From NCBI GenBank assembly GCA_903916735.1, contig CAIWXX010000053.1, positions 26,260 to 90,259 of the forward strand: a stretch of 64,000 nucleotides of DNA, read 5' to 3'. This DNA is from an uncultured Acidobacteriota bacterium (GTDB lineage: Bacteria > Acidobacteriota > CAIWXX01). Under the pieces are notes generated by a model, which was given only the letters and a program-made list of their open reading frames with translations, ran no database searches and was not told the DNA's origin. Below, in pieces: positions 49,819 to 60,607 of the stretch; position 1 is the stretch's first letter; each line of letters begins with the position of its first letter. The translations under genes and the position numbers were made by a program.

Positions 49819-51621
49819 TCACTTGCACGAATTGACGAGCGAGCTCAGGCCGAGTGATTCCAGCTTTTCAGGTGTGGGCACGCCTTCGCGCGTCCAACCA
49901 CGAAGAGCGTAGTATTGGTCGAGAGCGGCATTGTAGGCCTCGCGCGTATAGGTCTTCCCGGCGGCCTTCCCAGCACGCAGCGGCCGCTCGAAGAGGGCCC
50001 GGGGCGGCATGTCGTCCGCTCGACTGAAGCCTTCGCGCAGGTTGAACAGTTTTCCAACATTCCAGATTCGCTCACCGATGCGCATCGCTTCATCGCCGTT
50101 GAAGGAGTATCCAGTCGCGGCCGAAATCAGAGCAGCGATATCCGGAACAGAAATAGCCCACATATCACAGAACACACCCGTCCACTTGATCGAGTTCAGG
50201 TTCTGATCGTTGATGATCATGGCAGCCTTGTCATCGAATGAGTCGGGGTTGAAGGTGCCGAAGAGCGCTTCATTCCCAACGACAAAGGAGCGCATGTGGC
50301 AGGCACCTCGTTCGGATGTCGTGTAGGCCAGCCCCATGCCGAACGCACCGCGTGGATCATAGGCCGGGAATTCGAGCCCCTTGACCTCCAGGACCATGTG
50401 TTCGCCACCATACTTGTGAGCCAGCCAGCGGGATCCATTGGACAGCTCAGCCCATCGGCCCTGGCGGTGGGCGATATCCTGAACTGCCTGCAGGCAGCCA
50501 TCGGTATCGCCGTAATGCAGCCCAAAGTCGAACAGCCCCTCTTCAGTCATAGTCATTGCCAGGCCGATGACATTGCCGGTCGAGATGGTGTCCAGGCCCA
50601 GGTTATCGCAGAGGCGATTGTATGTGATCAGAGTATCCATACTGTCGATGCCGCAATTACCGCCTCCCAGTCCGATCGTTTCGTACTCGGGACCCTCGAC
50701 AATCTCCCCTGTCTTACTCTTTGTCAGGCGGCCGCAGGCCAGCGGGCAGTACGTGCAGGCACGTTTGCGAACCAGCGCCGCTTTGACAGCGTCTGTGTTG
50801 ATATTCGCCCGGCCCTCGAACTCCCCTGATGTAAACCCGCGGGTGGGAAAGACGCCTCCATCGTTGGTCAGGTTGACGAGTATCGGAGTTCCATCGGTGT
50901 TGGCCCACAGATTGGCCTCCGTCAGGAGGTTATTAAAATGGAGATCATCGTACATTTTCATGAAGGAAGGCATGTCCGGAACGACGACCGAACCGGTACC
51001 GCGGACTGCAACTGATTTCAGGTTCTTGCTGCCGAAGACCGCCCCGAGCCCACCACGGCCACACTGGCGGTAGGCTTCCGACGTCAGGCATGCGAAGGTC
51101 ACCTGCTTCTCCCCTGCCGGTCCTGCAGTTAATGTAACGATCCGTGCCGGTCCGAGTTTCTCTTCAAGCAGATTCTCTGTTTCCCAAATGGATTTGCCCC
51201 AGAGGGTGGCGGCATCGCGAATTTCCACTCGGTCATCTTCAATCCAGAGATAGGATGGTCGAGGCGCCTTGCCGGTGATGATCACGCCGTCCCAGCCGGC
51301 GTACTTGAGCATCGCTGCAAAGCCTCCTCCGACGTAGGAATCGAGGATCGTGCCTGTGGCCGGCGATCGAGTGCCAACTACGAGGCGAGCCGTCGTGGAT
51401 ACAATGGTTCCGGCGAGGGGTCCGGAAAAGAGGACAACGACGTTGCTCGGAGAGAGCGCATCGGTCCCCGCCTGCAGCTCGTGATAGAGATAGCGAAAGA
51501 CAAATCCCTTGCCGCCGATGAAATCTTTCGTCCATTCCTCCTTGAGCGGCTCGCTGGAAATCGCGCCGCTTGTGAGGTTCACTCGCAGGATTTTGCCCGC
51601 ATAGCAATTTCTCGGGCTCAT
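49819..51621 (-). CDS. tungsten-containing aldehyde:ferredoxin oxidoreductase (AOR family)
   Basis: N-terminal AOR_N (…GKILRVNLTSGAISSEPL…FIGGKG…). Full-length ~600-aa AOR architecture. Confidence 0.88.
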   Translation of the reverse strand: MSPRNCYAGKILRVNLTSGAISSEPLKEEWTKDFIGGKGFVFRYLYHELQAGTDALSPSNVVVLFSGPLAGTIVSTTARLVVGTRSPATGTILDSYVGGGFAAMLKYAGWDGVIITGKAPRPSYLWIEDDRVEIRDAATLWGKSIWETENLLEEKLGPARIVTLTAGPAGEKQVTFACLTSEAYRQCGRGGLGAVFGSKNLKSVAVRGTGSVVVPDMPSFMKMYDDLHFNNLLTEANLWANTDGTPILVNLTNDGGVFPTRGFTSGEFEGRANINTDAVKAALVRKRACTYCPLACGRLTKSKTGEIVEGPEYETIGLGGGNCGIDSMDTLITYNRLCDNLGLDTISTGNVIGLAMTMTEEGLFDFGLHYGDTDGCLQAVQDIAHRQGRWAELSNGSRWLAHKYGGEHMVLEVKGLEFPAYDPRGAFGMGLAYTTSERGACHMRSFVVGNEALFGTFNPDSFDDKAAMIINDQNLNSIKWTGVFCDMWAISVPDIAALISAATGYSFNGDEAMRIGERIWNVGKLFNLREGFSRADDMPPRALFERPLRAGKAAGKTYTREAYNAALDQYYALRGWTREGVPTPEKLESLGLSSLVNSCK

Positions 51622-51807
51622 AGGTACACCTCCAGGAAGCTAAGTGGTTACGATGAATAGGCCCCATGAATTATGTGGCATACTGAACTTGGGCCATTGC
51701 CTCTTCAATCACCCGATATTAATCCCCTTGGCAAGAGCCGTCATATCGCGCCACCTGTTTTATTGAACAGAGCAGGAACAGAGAGGCGGCCGGATGCTTT
51801 GTCAAGG

Positions 51808-51823
51808 TTTGCATCAAGGTTCC
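51808..51823 (-). promoter_or_regulatory. candidate sigma-54 promoter (-24 GG / -12 GC) upstream of the AOR gene
   Basis: Minus-strand read TGGgaaccttgaTGCA matches TGGCAC-N5-TTGCA at GG, spacing, and T-G-C. About 190 nt upstream of the AOR start. Confidence 0.25.
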
Positions 51824-51867
51824 CATGTCAAAGCCCTCGCCATCTCCGGATCCTCATACGACGCTGA

Positions 51868-52683
51868 TCATGCCCAATCGGCGACTTCGTTATACCAGGG
51901 CTTGCTCGTGCCTGTCTTGGCGCGACTCTTCCATTTGCCGCTCTTTGGAGTCTCTTCGATGAATTTCAGGAAATGATCAATTTTCTCGGCGATCACCCTT
52001 CGTTGTTCGTCTGTCAGCGCCTTGACGCCTGCCATGGCCTCTTTGATACGACTCAAGTTCGTCGTCGCCGTGTGATAGAAACCCCAGTCCTCCGAAAACA
52101 GCTTGGCGATGTATTTGGCGTTGATTGAATTCCAATCGTTATCGCTGATGGGAGCAGCCAGGAGGAGGAGCATGGCATCCTTGAGATCCTTGTCGTTGAT
52201 CTGGACAATCTGCAATTTTTGGAGCATCAGATCGGCCAATGAAACGCAATGAGGATGAATCTCCAGTCGCCCTCGGTAATCGATCGGGTGGTTATAAGAC
52301 AGTTTGTCAAAAAACACATCGATCATCGGAATGCGATTGCTGAAGAAAATCAGGCGCGTCCCTCCGCTGATCATCGCGGCGCGCTTTTCCAATTCGTAGC
52401 CGTGCGATTCAAAGAATGCGACCAGTTTGCCGCGATGCTTGCCGTAGGAGGCATAGTCAATATCTGTGAAGACGCGGTCGCCCAGGCGCTCCATCCTGGT
52501 ATAGAGGTCCACGTAATCCGGGAAGTGGTAATGCAGTGCGATGGGACCCATGACACGCATGACAATACCTTGCTTTTGGGCTTCATCTGTCAAGTGCCGG
52601 CCTTCTTCGAGATAGGCTTCCGGCTTGGGATATTCATCCAGCGGTATATCTTTGGGCAGTCTAAATTGTAAAGGCATTGTCAT
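51868..52683 (-). CDS. hypothetical protein carrying an unassigned conserved domain also found at the C-terminus of 61032..62159
   Basis: …RLIFFSNRIPMIDVFFDKLSYNHPIDYRGRLEIHPHCVSLADLMLQKLQIV… and …SEDWGFYHTATTNLSRIK…FIEETPKSGKW… align with …RFIHSEKKIGIEVFLDTLNSYHKLNFADRLDSDEETIPLADLLLWKLQSV… / …TNDWGWYKTATINLEKCV…IIDEAPKSGKW…. Confidence 0.5.
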   Translation of the reverse strand: MTMPLQFRLPKDIPLDEYPKPEAYLEEGRHLTDEAQKQGIVMRVMGPIALHYHFPDYVDLYTRMERLGDRVFTDIDYASYGKHRGKLVAFFESHGYELEKRAAMISGGTRLIFFSNRIPMIDVFFDKLSYNHPIDYRGRLEIHPHCVSLADLMLQKLQIVQINDKDLKDAMLLLLAAPISDNDWNSINAKYIAKLFSEDWGFYHTATTNLSRIKEAMAGVKALTDEQRRVIAEKIDHFLKFIEETPKSGKWKSRAKTGTSKPWYNEVADWA

Positions 52684-52687
52684 ACTC

Positions 52688-53632
52688 CTATCCGGAAGTA
52701 AAGACGTAATCTATGACTTTGCCCTTTTCAAGGACAACAACCACGCCCTTTAAAATACCTTCGGAATACTCGCTGCCTGGGTTGAGAATGGTCGTCTTGC
52801 GGATTTTCTGCAGGCCGCGCGATTCATGGATATGACCGTGCAGACCAAGCAGCGGCTGGTATTTCTCGAGCATCTTCGTCACCGCACGGCTGCCGACATG
52901 GATCTTGCGGTCGGCCGCCTGGATCAGATCTTTGGTCAATTCAGGCGCCAGGTCCAGAGCGAATCCAAATGGCGGCGCGTGGAAGTTAAAAATGGCGTTC
53001 GGCTTGTCTTTGACGGTGGCAATCAGTTCCTCCAGCATCGGCTCCAATTCCTCGTCCGGCTTTTCGCGCGGAGTATTCCAGGGCGTCGGGTTCGTATAGC
53101 AGAAGGTAATCATTTCGTGATCGCCCACCATGACGTTCTTGTTGTTGCAGTTGACGATTGCAGCCGAGTCTTCGATGATCTTATCCACTTCAAAGTAGTC
53201 ATCGTTGCCGGGGGCCATATAGACCTTGTAGGTCGTTCCTTTGAGACGCTCGTCTGCCAGGGCGACCCATTCCCTCATGCGTTGGAGCATCAGCTCTTTG
53301 AAGAGGGTGTCAACCTTCTTCGGGTTCGATTTAAATTCTTGAAATTCTTCCGACGTCTGATGAACCCAGTAATAGCCCATCAGTTCAACAGTCTTCTTAA
53401 GTTTGTCCAGATCCTCCTGAGTCGGCACGTCGGTGTACTGGCCCATAAGGGTGGTATGCCAGCCGCCTCCTTCTTTTTCAACAATCGGAACGAGCACCTT
53501 GCCAGTGAGGTCGCCCAGCAGGATCCCGACATCCACCTTATAGACTTTCAACGCATTCAGGTACTTCCGATAGCACGAATTCGATCCATGAATGTCGGTG
53601 ACAAAAAAGAATTTGATTTGCTTACCCATCAA
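52688..53632 (-). CDS. calcineurin-like metallophosphoesterase
   Basis: FFFVTDIHGS…ILLGDLTG…GNDD…GHIHE metal-binding motifs. Confidence 0.75.
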   Translation of the reverse strand: MMGKQIKFFFVTDIHGSNSCYRKYLNALKVYKVDVGILLGDLTGKVLVPIVEKEGGGWHTTLMGQYTDVPTQEDLDKLKKTVELMGYYWVHQTSEEFQEFKSNPKKVDTLFKELMLQRMREWVALADERLKGTTYKVYMAPGNDDYFEVDKIIEDSAAIVNCNNKNVMVGDHEMITFCYTNPTPWNTPREKPDEELEPMLEELIATVKDKPNAIFNFHAPPFGFALDLAPELTKDLIQAADRKIHVGSRAVTKMLEKYQPLLGLHGHIHESRGLQKIRKTTILNPGSEYSEGILKGVVVVLEKGKVIDYVFTSG

Positions 53633-53719
53633 TCACTCCATCTACAAACGATTCGATCATGATAGAGGCGAGGGGTGAAGCGGACATGCTCCTACCCCTC
53701 GCCGGCAATAGTTGAAACC

Positions 53720-55330
53720 CTAGTCAGGCGGCAGTTCGCCGAAAGTCATATTGACATCGACGCCCACCTTTTTATTACGCGCTTTCCAATAGAAGTACCA
53801 GCCGATTCCCAATCCCCAGATGAACGCGTAGAGGATGAGAGATCCAATCGTCAGCTCTTCGAAGTTGTGCATGAACACATAGAAATAGAAAAGGATCGCC
53901 AGGTAAATCAAATTGCAAATACCGCCGATGGTGACCGCCGGGATGCCAAAAATTTTCCACGTCTTGTAAGGAGAGGCATCCCAGATGCTTCTGACCTTCT
54001 TCACATAGGGGAAGATGACCGCGGCAACAGCGGTCACGCCGAAGACCGAGACAATCTCCAGTGCCGTGATGGAGAGGCCAGTCATCGGATTCCGCCAGAA
54101 GGCATACAGGATAATGCCGAGCTCACCCAGGACAAAGCACAGAATATGGTTCTTCACCGGAGTCGCCCAGCGATAATCGATATCTGCGAACCATTTCGGG
54201 CCCATGCGGTCCATGCCCCAGGCAAACAGGATCCGTGGAAAGGCCAGATAGGAGAGTGCCACGTACCAGACGTTGAACAGGATGAACGAGCTGGCCATCA
54301 TGATTAGTAGTATGGGGTTGCGCGTCAGCATGGCCGCGAGGCCGACATAGTGCGTATTCCAGGGGATCGTATATGCCGGCAGGCTATCCCGGTTATAGTC
54401 AACCCAAGCCGTTGCGGAGAGGAACTGGAAATCAACGATGCGATACAGGGCAAACGCCAGCCAAATCATGAAGAAGGCGGGCACGAGGATAGCGAACAGG
54501 TTGCCCAGGATGATGGTCTTGTCGGGCCGCTTGACTTCGCCGGCGATGAAGGTGATGCAGTAGGAATAGGCGAAGAGCCACGAGCCGGCCACCATTACAC
54601 CAAGGGTATCGAACCAGTTCCAGGTTACAGGGAGTGCAGTTCCAGCCGCTTCCATGGCAGCTTTCGCGGATACGATGAAACTGTTGTAATCCAACGAGCC
54701 ATACTGCACGGCCAGGGTGTTCCATGCCTGGACGAACGCCGCGTGAGAGGTGAAAGTGAGGATCACCAAAATGACCAACCCGCCCAGCATCGCGAGTCCC
54801 ATGACGATCTTCTGAGCGATGGCAAAGATCTTCATGCCGAAGATCAGGAACAAACACGCAATCAAGTTGACCAAGCTGGAGATGAGGAACAAGCCCATGG
54901 GTTTGGCCAGAGAATCAGCGATCTCCGGTTTGCCCATGAATTGGAAGAGCATCTTCAGGCCGGGATCCACCGTCCAGGGCGCGAGGACGTAGATCCACAT
55001 GATCCACACGAAGGCATTCCCGAAGGATTCCGCGATGCCGATCAACGGGCTGAGGATGCGGGAGTTGTAAATATACTCGCCGCCGGACCGCGGCATCGAA
55101 CCGCCTAGAATTCCCCATACCAGGGGGAACCCAATGCCGCATAAGACAGCGGACAGGATTGTAGCAATGATGAGATTGCCTCCGGTATACACCGATAGGC
55201 CCATGCTGATCATGACCCACATACTGACGGTCAAGCCCTGGTTCATGAAGCCGACGCCGAAAGCGTCGATGAACGACAGGCCTCGCACCAAACCGCTGGC
55301 CTTTCGGGCGAACGACATTTGTTCAGGCAC
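53720..55330 (-). CDS. APC-superfamily amino acid/polyamine permease
   Basis: 536 aa, ~12 TM. N-terminal …GLSFIDAFGVGFMNQGLTVSMW…SGGEYIY… typical of APC transporters. Confidence 0.75.
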   Translation of the reverse strand: MPEQMSFARKASGLVRGLSFIDAFGVGFMNQGLTVSMWVMISMGLSVYTGGNLIIATILSAVLCGIGFPLVWGILGGSMPRSGGEYIYNSRILSPLIGIAESFGNAFVWIMWIYVLAPWTVDPGLKMLFQFMGKPEIADSLAKPMGLFLISSLVNLIACLFLIFGMKIFAIAQKIVMGLAMLGGLVILVILTFTSHAAFVQAWNTLAVQYGSLDYNSFIVSAKAAMEAAGTALPVTWNWFDTLGVMVAGSWLFAYSYCITFIAGEVKRPDKTIILGNLFAILVPAFFMIWLAFALYRIVDFQFLSATAWVDYNRDSLPAYTIPWNTHYVGLAAMLTRNPILLIMMASSFILFNVWYVALSYLAFPRILFAWGMDRMGPKWFADIDYRWATPVKNHILCFVLGELGIILYAFWRNPMTGLSITALEIVSVFGVTAVAAVIFPYVKKVRSIWDASPYKTWKIFGIPAVTIGGICNLIYLAILFYFYVFMHNFEELTIGSLILYAFIWGLGIGWYFYWKARNKKVGVDVNMTFGELPPD

Positions 55331-55444
55331 TGCGTATTTCTCCTTTCAAAGGTTGATTGAAAATGACGCGCGAAGCTTCCTCATGCAAAGTCTCGCCGCT
55401 GCTCATCGTGAACTCGCTCTCTCCTTGTTAATCCACGTCCCCTA

Positions 55445-56920
55445 CTAGAATTTCCGTGTCCATTCTTTCGGCCAACGTTCAATGACGATCTTGGTCTGCG
55501 TAAAGAACTCGATGGCGTGTTTCCCCTGGCCATGGAGTGTTCCAAAGAAACTGTCCTTCCAACCGCTGAAGGGAAAGAAGGCCATCGGAGCTGCGACACC
55601 GATATTAATACCGATATTCCCTGCCTCGGCTTCATTTCGGAACTTGCGCGCGACAGAGCCGTTGCTCGTGAAAATGCATCCCATGTTACCGAAGGCGCCA
55701 TTGTTGAGAATCTCAATGCCCTGTTCGACGGTATTGACGTGCATGATTCCGAGGACGGGGCCGAAAACCTCGGTCTTGGCAATAAGGCCGTCAACAGGGA
55801 CATCTGTCAGAATCGTGGGACGGATGAAGTTGCCTTTTTCATAGCCCGGAATAACGGCCTTCCGCCCATCGACCAGCATCTTGGCGCCTTCATCCACGCC
55901 CTGCTGGATGAGTCCCTCGATTCGAACCTTGTCCTGTGGCGTGATGACAGGGCCCATCTGGACTTCCGGATTCAGCCCATAGCCGACAACTCGCCTGGAA
56001 GCCGCTTCGGCAAGAGCCGGAATAAAGATCTTGTCGGCTTCCCCCACCATGATCGCCGTGGCGGCCGCCAGGCAGCGCTGACCTGCATTCCCAAAGGCGC
56101 TGTCGATCAGGATATCGGTCGTGACTTTGACATCAGCATCGGGCAGGATCAGCACCGGATTTTTCGCGCCGCCCATCGCTTGAACACGCTTGCCGTGCGC
56201 TGAACCGCGGCTGTACACATGCATCGCAACAGGGGTCGAGCCGACGAAGCTGGCTGATTTAATGAGGGGATGATCCAAAATGGCATCGACAATCTCCGAT
56301 CCCCCATTGACCATGTTCACAACACCTGCCGGGAGCCCGGATTCTTCCATCAGCTTGACCAACTTGAACATCGTGATGGGCACTCGGCTGGAGGGTTTGA
56401 TGACAACGGTGTTTCCAGCGGCGACGGCATAGGGAATAAACCAGAACGCAATCATGCCCGGGAAGTTGAAAGGCGAAATGATGCCGGTCACGCCTATCGG
56501 CTGGCGGATCATATATTCGTCGATGCCTGGAGCAATATTCTCGACGAAATCTCCCATCATCAATGTGGGAGTTCCACAGGCCACTTCGACGTTCTCAATG
56601 GCACGGCGCATCTCGCCACGCGACTCCTCCAGAGTCTTCCCATGCTCCATGGTGATGGTGCGGGACAGGTCTTCGAAATTGGCTTCGAGCAGATCCTTCA
56701 ACTTAAAAAGATACTGGATTCTCTTTGTAACCGGGACGTTTCTCCATTCAAGGAATGCTTTGTGCGCCACCTGAGCGGCCTGATCCAGTTCAGCTGCCGA
56801 CGAGATGGGCACCTTCGCCAGAATTTCCGCCGTGGCAGGATTTTGGACTTCACGGAAGCGGCCGGTAGCCGAAGACGTCCATTTTCCGTTGATGAAATTT
56901 TGCAAAATTTGCTCGCTCAT
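55445..56920 (-). CDS. mmsA: CoA-acylating methylmalonate-/malonate-semialdehyde dehydrogenase
   Basis: ALDH fold with MMSDH-type N-terminus (…[30 protein letters not shown]…). Catalytic Cys context. ~490 aa. Confidence 0.8.
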   Translation of the reverse strand: MSEQILQNFINGKWTSSATGRFREVQNPATAEILAKVPISSAAELDQAAQVAHKAFLEWRNVPVTKRIQYLFKLKDLLEANFEDLSRTITMEHGKTLEESRGEMRRAIENVEVACGTPTLMMGDFVENIAPGIDEYMIRQPIGVTGIISPFNFPGMIAFWFIPYAVAAGNTVVIKPSSRVPITMFKLVKLMEESGLPAGVVNMVNGGSEIVDAILDHPLIKSASFVGSTPVAMHVYSRGSAHGKRVQAMGGAKNPVLILPDADVKVTTDILIDSAFGNAGQRCLAAATAIMVGEADKIFIPALAEAASRRVVGYGLNPEVQMGPVITPQDKVRIEGLIQQGVDEGAKMLVDGRKAVIPGYEKGNFIRPTILTDVPVDGLIAKTEVFGPVLGIMHVNTVEQGIEILNNGAFGNMGCIFTSNGSVARKFRNEAEAGNIGINIGVAAPMAFFPFSGWKDSFFGTLHGQGKHAIEFFTQTKIVIERWPKEWTRKF

Positions 56921-56963
56921 ACTCTTCTCCTTAGAAGGCAATCAATGGCCGGAAATCGAGCCA

Positions 56964-58325
56964 TCATGCCACAGCCTTATCGGCGACTTCCAATGCCTTC
57001 TCGATGATTGCCAAACCTTCATCCAATTGTTCTCTGGTGATACAAAGCGGCGGTACGATAAACACCATGCTCCCCATGTTATTGGCCATGATGAAAGTGA
57101 ACAACCCATTTTGACGGAGCACCTTGCCCACCTCAGCCATGACCGGTGGAGCGACGATTCCCTTTTGAACGCGGTTGGTGACAAGTTCAATCGTCGAGAA
57201 CAGGCCGATGCAACGCACATCGCCAACGGACGAGTGCCGTGTCTTGATATCTTCGAGCGCCCGGCCGAGGTATTTGCCCTGCGTGATGGAGTTCTCCATG
57301 AGATGTTCTTCTTCATAAACCTCGATTGTCGCCAATGCAGCAGCGCAGGCGAGCGCATGGCCGTTATATGTCAGGCCTGCGCACAGGTACTTATCGTCGA
57401 AGAATTTGGCGATTGGTTCCGAGACAATGACGGCTCCAAGAGGCACATAGCCGCTGGTGATGCCTTTGGCTGTGGTGATCATGTCAGGGGTGACGCCCCA
57501 GTGATCTACCGCGAACCACTTGCCGGTGCGCCCCCAGCCGCTCATCACTTCGTCGGAGATCAGCAGAATGCCGTATTTGTTACAGATTTCACGAATGCGC
57601 GGCCAATAGTCATCAGGTGGAATGATCAAACCATTGGAGCCGACCACGCCTTCCATGATGATGGCGGCGATTTTATCCGGGCCTTCGTACGTGATGACTT
57701 CTTCCACATGCGAGATGCACTGGCGTTTGCAACTCTTTTCTTCCGCGCCGAAAGGGCATCGGTAGCAAAATGGATCGAGGAAATGAACGCCGCCCGGCAT
57801 TGTCGGCTCGACAGCCAGTCGACGATAGTCGCCGGTCAGGGCAATCGCTCCATGCGTGGCGCCATGATAGGAACGGTAGCGCGCCAGAATCTTATGCCGC
57901 CCCGTGTAGAAACGCGCGATCTTGATGGCGTTTTCGTTAGCTTCGGCGCCACCCAAGGCGAAGAACGTCTTCTTGAGATTGCCTGGTGAAATTTCGGCCA
58001 GTTTCTTTCCCAACAGGCCTCGCGGCACCGTCGCATTTCCCGGGTGGACAAAGCACAGTTTTGCCGCTTGCTCCTGGATGGCTTTCACCACTTTCGGGTG
58101 CTGGTGACCGACGTTTGTATTCATCAGCTGAGACGAAAAATCGAGATACCGTTTCCCGTCTGCATCCCAAAAGTAAACTCCCTCTGCTCTTTCCACCGGG
58201 ATAGGATTGACCTGGCCCTGAACCGACCAGGAGAAAAAAGTGTATTCCCGGTTAAGACGAACAACCTCCTGCGACGTCAGCTTAGACAAGGTAGAACCTC
58301 CGGAGAGTTTTGGAGATATGATCAA
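56964..58325 (-). CDS. class-III (omega) aminotransferase, PLP-dependent
   Basis: …LISDEVMSGWGRTGKWFA…TTAKGITSGYVPLGAV… (PLP-Lys context). 453 aa. Adjacent to mmsA, as in beta-alanine/aminoisobutyrate catabolism. Confidence 0.8.
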   Translation of the reverse strand: MIISPKLSGGSTLSKLTSQEVVRLNREYTFFSWSVQGQVNPIPVERAEGVYFWDADGKRYLDFSSQLMNTNVGHQHPKVVKAIQEQAAKLCFVHPGNATVPRGLLGKKLAEISPGNLKKTFFALGGAEANENAIKIARFYTGRHKILARYRSYHGATHGAIALTGDYRRLAVEPTMPGGVHFLDPFCYRCPFGAEEKSCKRQCISHVEEVITYEGPDKIAAIIMEGVVGSNGLIIPPDDYWPRIREICNKYGILLISDEVMSGWGRTGKWFAVDHWGVTPDMITTAKGITSGYVPLGAVIVSEPIAKFFDDKYLCAGLTYNGHALACAAALATIEVYEEEHLMENSITQGKYLGRALEDIKTRHSSVGDVRCIGLFSTIELVTNRVQKGIVAPPVMAEVGKVLRQNGLFTFIMANNMGSMVFIVPPLCITREQLDEGLAIIEKALEVADKAVA

Positions 58326-58359
58326 CAGTCAGCCGGCAGCGACGATACATTGCCAACCG

Positions 58360-59664
58360 CTATCTCTTCACCGACTTGATTGTGTCGCGAAACACATTCA
58401 GTGTTGTGTCGATGTCGGCTTCGCTGTGAGAGTAACACAGGAACCAAGGTTCGCGTGGGTCGTGATCCGTCATGACTCCTCGATCAACCATCGCCTCGAC
58501 CAGGTCCAGGAAATATTTCTTTTCGCTGAGATTCCATGAGCGCTGGTCCGTGATCTTTTCGACGCCGATGGCAAATGAGAACATAGATGGATACCCGTTC
58601 ATGCAGTGCGGGATGCTCTCTTCGGTCAGGATCTTGCAAAGCCCGTCCATGAGCCGCTGCCCGCGCTTCTCGATGGTCTTGATCACCGGCTCGCGTTCGA
58701 GCACTGTCAGCGTGGCCCAGGCGGCGGCTACTCCCGGCTTATTGTTTGTAAAAGTCCCGCCTTGCGCCACACCATGACCAATCGTTGACATGATGTCCTT
58801 CTTGCCGCCAAAAGCCGCCAACGGGTAGCCGTTGGCCAAGGCTTTGGCATAGGTTGCCAAATCAGGCTTGATGCCGTAGTACTCCTGCGCGCCGCCATTG
58901 GCGATGCGGAAGCCGGTCTTGACTTCGTCCAGAATGAGAACGATTCCGTATTTGTCGCATTGCTCACGGATGACATTCAGGAAACCATTCTGTGGGGTGA
59001 TGCCACCACAATTGCCCATGCACGGCTCAGTGATAATCGTCGCCACTTGGTCACCAAACGATGCCAGAGTTCTCTTCAGAATATCTGGTTCATTGAATGG
59101 CAGAGTGATGATGAGCTCATTGAGCTGTTGCGGGATGCCGGAACTGGCCGGGACGGAAATCGGGTTGCGCACATGACCATATGATTCCGTAGGAGCATAC
59201 GTGGACCATAGGGTGTAATCATGCATTCCATGGTAGCACCCCTCGAACTTGATGATTTTTTCCCGACCGGTGTAAGCACGAGCAACGCGGATGGCATGCA
59301 GAGTCGCTTCGGTGCCGGAACATGCAAAACGCACCATCTCGACACTGGGGCACATTCTAACAATTTTCTCGGCGACTTCGATTTCGAGCTCATAGGTCAT
59401 CGCCGCCATTGTACCGCGGTCAATTTCTTCCTTGACCTTCGCGTTGACCTCGTCGTAGGCATGACCGAGGATGATCGGACCGAAAGCCATCCGGTAATCT
59501 ATGTATTTGTTTCCGTCCACATCCCAGAGATAAGCTCCCTTGGCTTCCTTCATGTAGGGAGTGATTCCATCGCCCCAAAAACGAAAGTTCGAATTGACAC
59601 CCAACGGCATGACCTTAAAGGCTCTTTCCTGCAATTTGTTGTTATTTTGCCAGGGGATTTTCAT
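58360..59664 (-). CDS. class-III aminotransferase (glutamate-1-semialdehyde aminomutase-like subgroup)
   Basis: …LILDEVKTGFRIANGGAQEYYGIKPDLATYAKALANGYPLAAFGGK…. 434 aa. Confidence 0.8.
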   Translation of the reverse strand: MKIPWQNNNKLQERAFKVMPLGVNSNFRFWGDGITPYMKEAKGAYLWDVDGNKYIDYRMAFGPIILGHAYDEVNAKVKEEIDRGTMAAMTYELEIEVAEKIVRMCPSVEMVRFACSGTEATLHAIRVARAYTGREKIIKFEGCYHGMHDYTLWSTYAPTESYGHVRNPISVPASSGIPQQLNELIITLPFNEPDILKRTLASFGDQVATIITEPCMGNCGGITPQNGFLNVIREQCDKYGIVLILDEVKTGFRIANGGAQEYYGIKPDLATYAKALANGYPLAAFGGKKDIMSTIGHGVAQGGTFTNNKPGVAAAWATLTVLEREPVIKTIEKRGQRLMDGLCKILTEESIPHCMNGYPSMFSFAIGVEKITDQRSWNLSEKKYFLDLVEAMVDRGVMTDHDPREPWFLCYSHSEADIDTTLNVFRDTIKSVKR

Positions 59665-59683
59665 AGGAATTTCCTCTCTTCAG

Positions 59684-60178
59684 TTACTTGGGTTGACGTT
59701 CGTCGTTTACCATCAAAGCATTCCGGGGAATGTTCCATTGGTAAACATCCTTCATCACGAGTGGCACGATGGAGGTCGTTGTCTTGCGTACCCCCGGGAC
59801 TTTCCCGATAACCTCGGTCACGAACCTGTATATGTCCGCCGTGTCCTTACCCATGACCTGGATGGATACATCCGTTGCACCAATGGAACATGCAACGTAA
59901 GAGACGCAATCATATTCCATCGCTTTGCTCGTCACCTCCTCGATGGCGTTCGGTTCTACCTCCAGCAGCACATCCGCCCGCGTGGTCAAATCAAAGGCCT
60001 GGGGATTCACAATCGGGCGAATTTGGATGACCTTATCCGTGACCATTCGATCAATCCGGTAGCGGACAACACGCTCGGTGATATCCCCTATACGGCGCGC
60101 AATCTCGGCAGCTGGTATTCGGCCATCTTCCATGAGTAGCTCAACAATACGACGATCTACTTTGTCGATTTCGCGCAT
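59684..60178 (-). CDS. Lrp/AsnC-family transcriptional regulator
   Basis: N-terminal HTH (LDKVDRRIVELLMEDGRIPAAEIARRIG) plus RAM/ACT-like domain. 164 aa. Confidence 0.85.
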   Translation of the reverse strand: MREIDKVDRRIVELLMEDGRIPAAEIARRIGDITERVVRYRIDRMVTDKVIQIRPIVNPQAFDLTTRADVLLEVEPNAIEEVTSKAMEYDCVSYVACSIGATDVSIQVMGKDTADIYRFVTEVIGKVPGVRKTTTSIVPLVMKDVYQWNIPRNALMVNDERQPK

Positions 60179-60364
60179 TTTCTAAATTAGGTTTGGATTT
60201 TTCCGACTCCAATTTCCCACATTATAGTTTTTTTCGACAAAGAGCAAGTATTTTTTTCGCAAGTCATCACCTCAGAATGTCGGTTTCCTGCAAAAAGCTG
60301 GAATTGAAAGCCAGAAGGTGAATTCGCTCAAATCTCCCGGTTGGTTTATGGAGATGGAGCAAAG

Positions 60365-60579
60365 TATCTGATCGGTGAAATCTGCGCACAAAATGGCAAA
60401 AGTTATGATAGGGCAGGATCGTGAATTCCTCTCAGGAAGCCAGGAAAAAAGGAATGACTTTTGAAACCACCGCTGGTCGAAATAAAAATCCGTTCCTGCA
60501 TTCCTCTCTTCCTGCATTCCTGAGAGGTTTGGGAGCGATGGTTGTCGAAGCCATCTTGTTTGGTTGCGGCTATGCAGCG
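60365..60579 (+). repeat. copy C of the ~200-bp intergenic structured repeat family
   Basis: agtatctgatcggtgaaatctgcgcacaaaatggcaaaagttatgatagggcaggatcgtgaattcctctcaggaagccagga…tgaaaccaccgctggtcgaaataaaaatccgttcctgcattcctctcttcctgcattcctgagagg…gcgatggttgtcgaagccatcttgtttggttgc. Terminal inverted repeat cctctcaggaa / ttcctgagagg. Internal palindrome ggaatgcagg/cctgcattcc. Confidence 0.85.
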
Positions 60580-60607
60580 TTAGGGAAAAGCCAATCGCAG
60601 GATTTTG

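Noticed and set aside
56805-57989. 394-aa plus-strand ORF
   Set aside because: Antisense to the class-III aminotransferase and mmsA genes. Composition-driven open frame.
60381-60402. tggcaaaag… motif at the 5' end of the repeat family considered as a sigma-54 -24 element
   Set aside because: No TTGC(A/T) element at the correct 5-nt spacing in any copy. The GG-N10-GC register fails.
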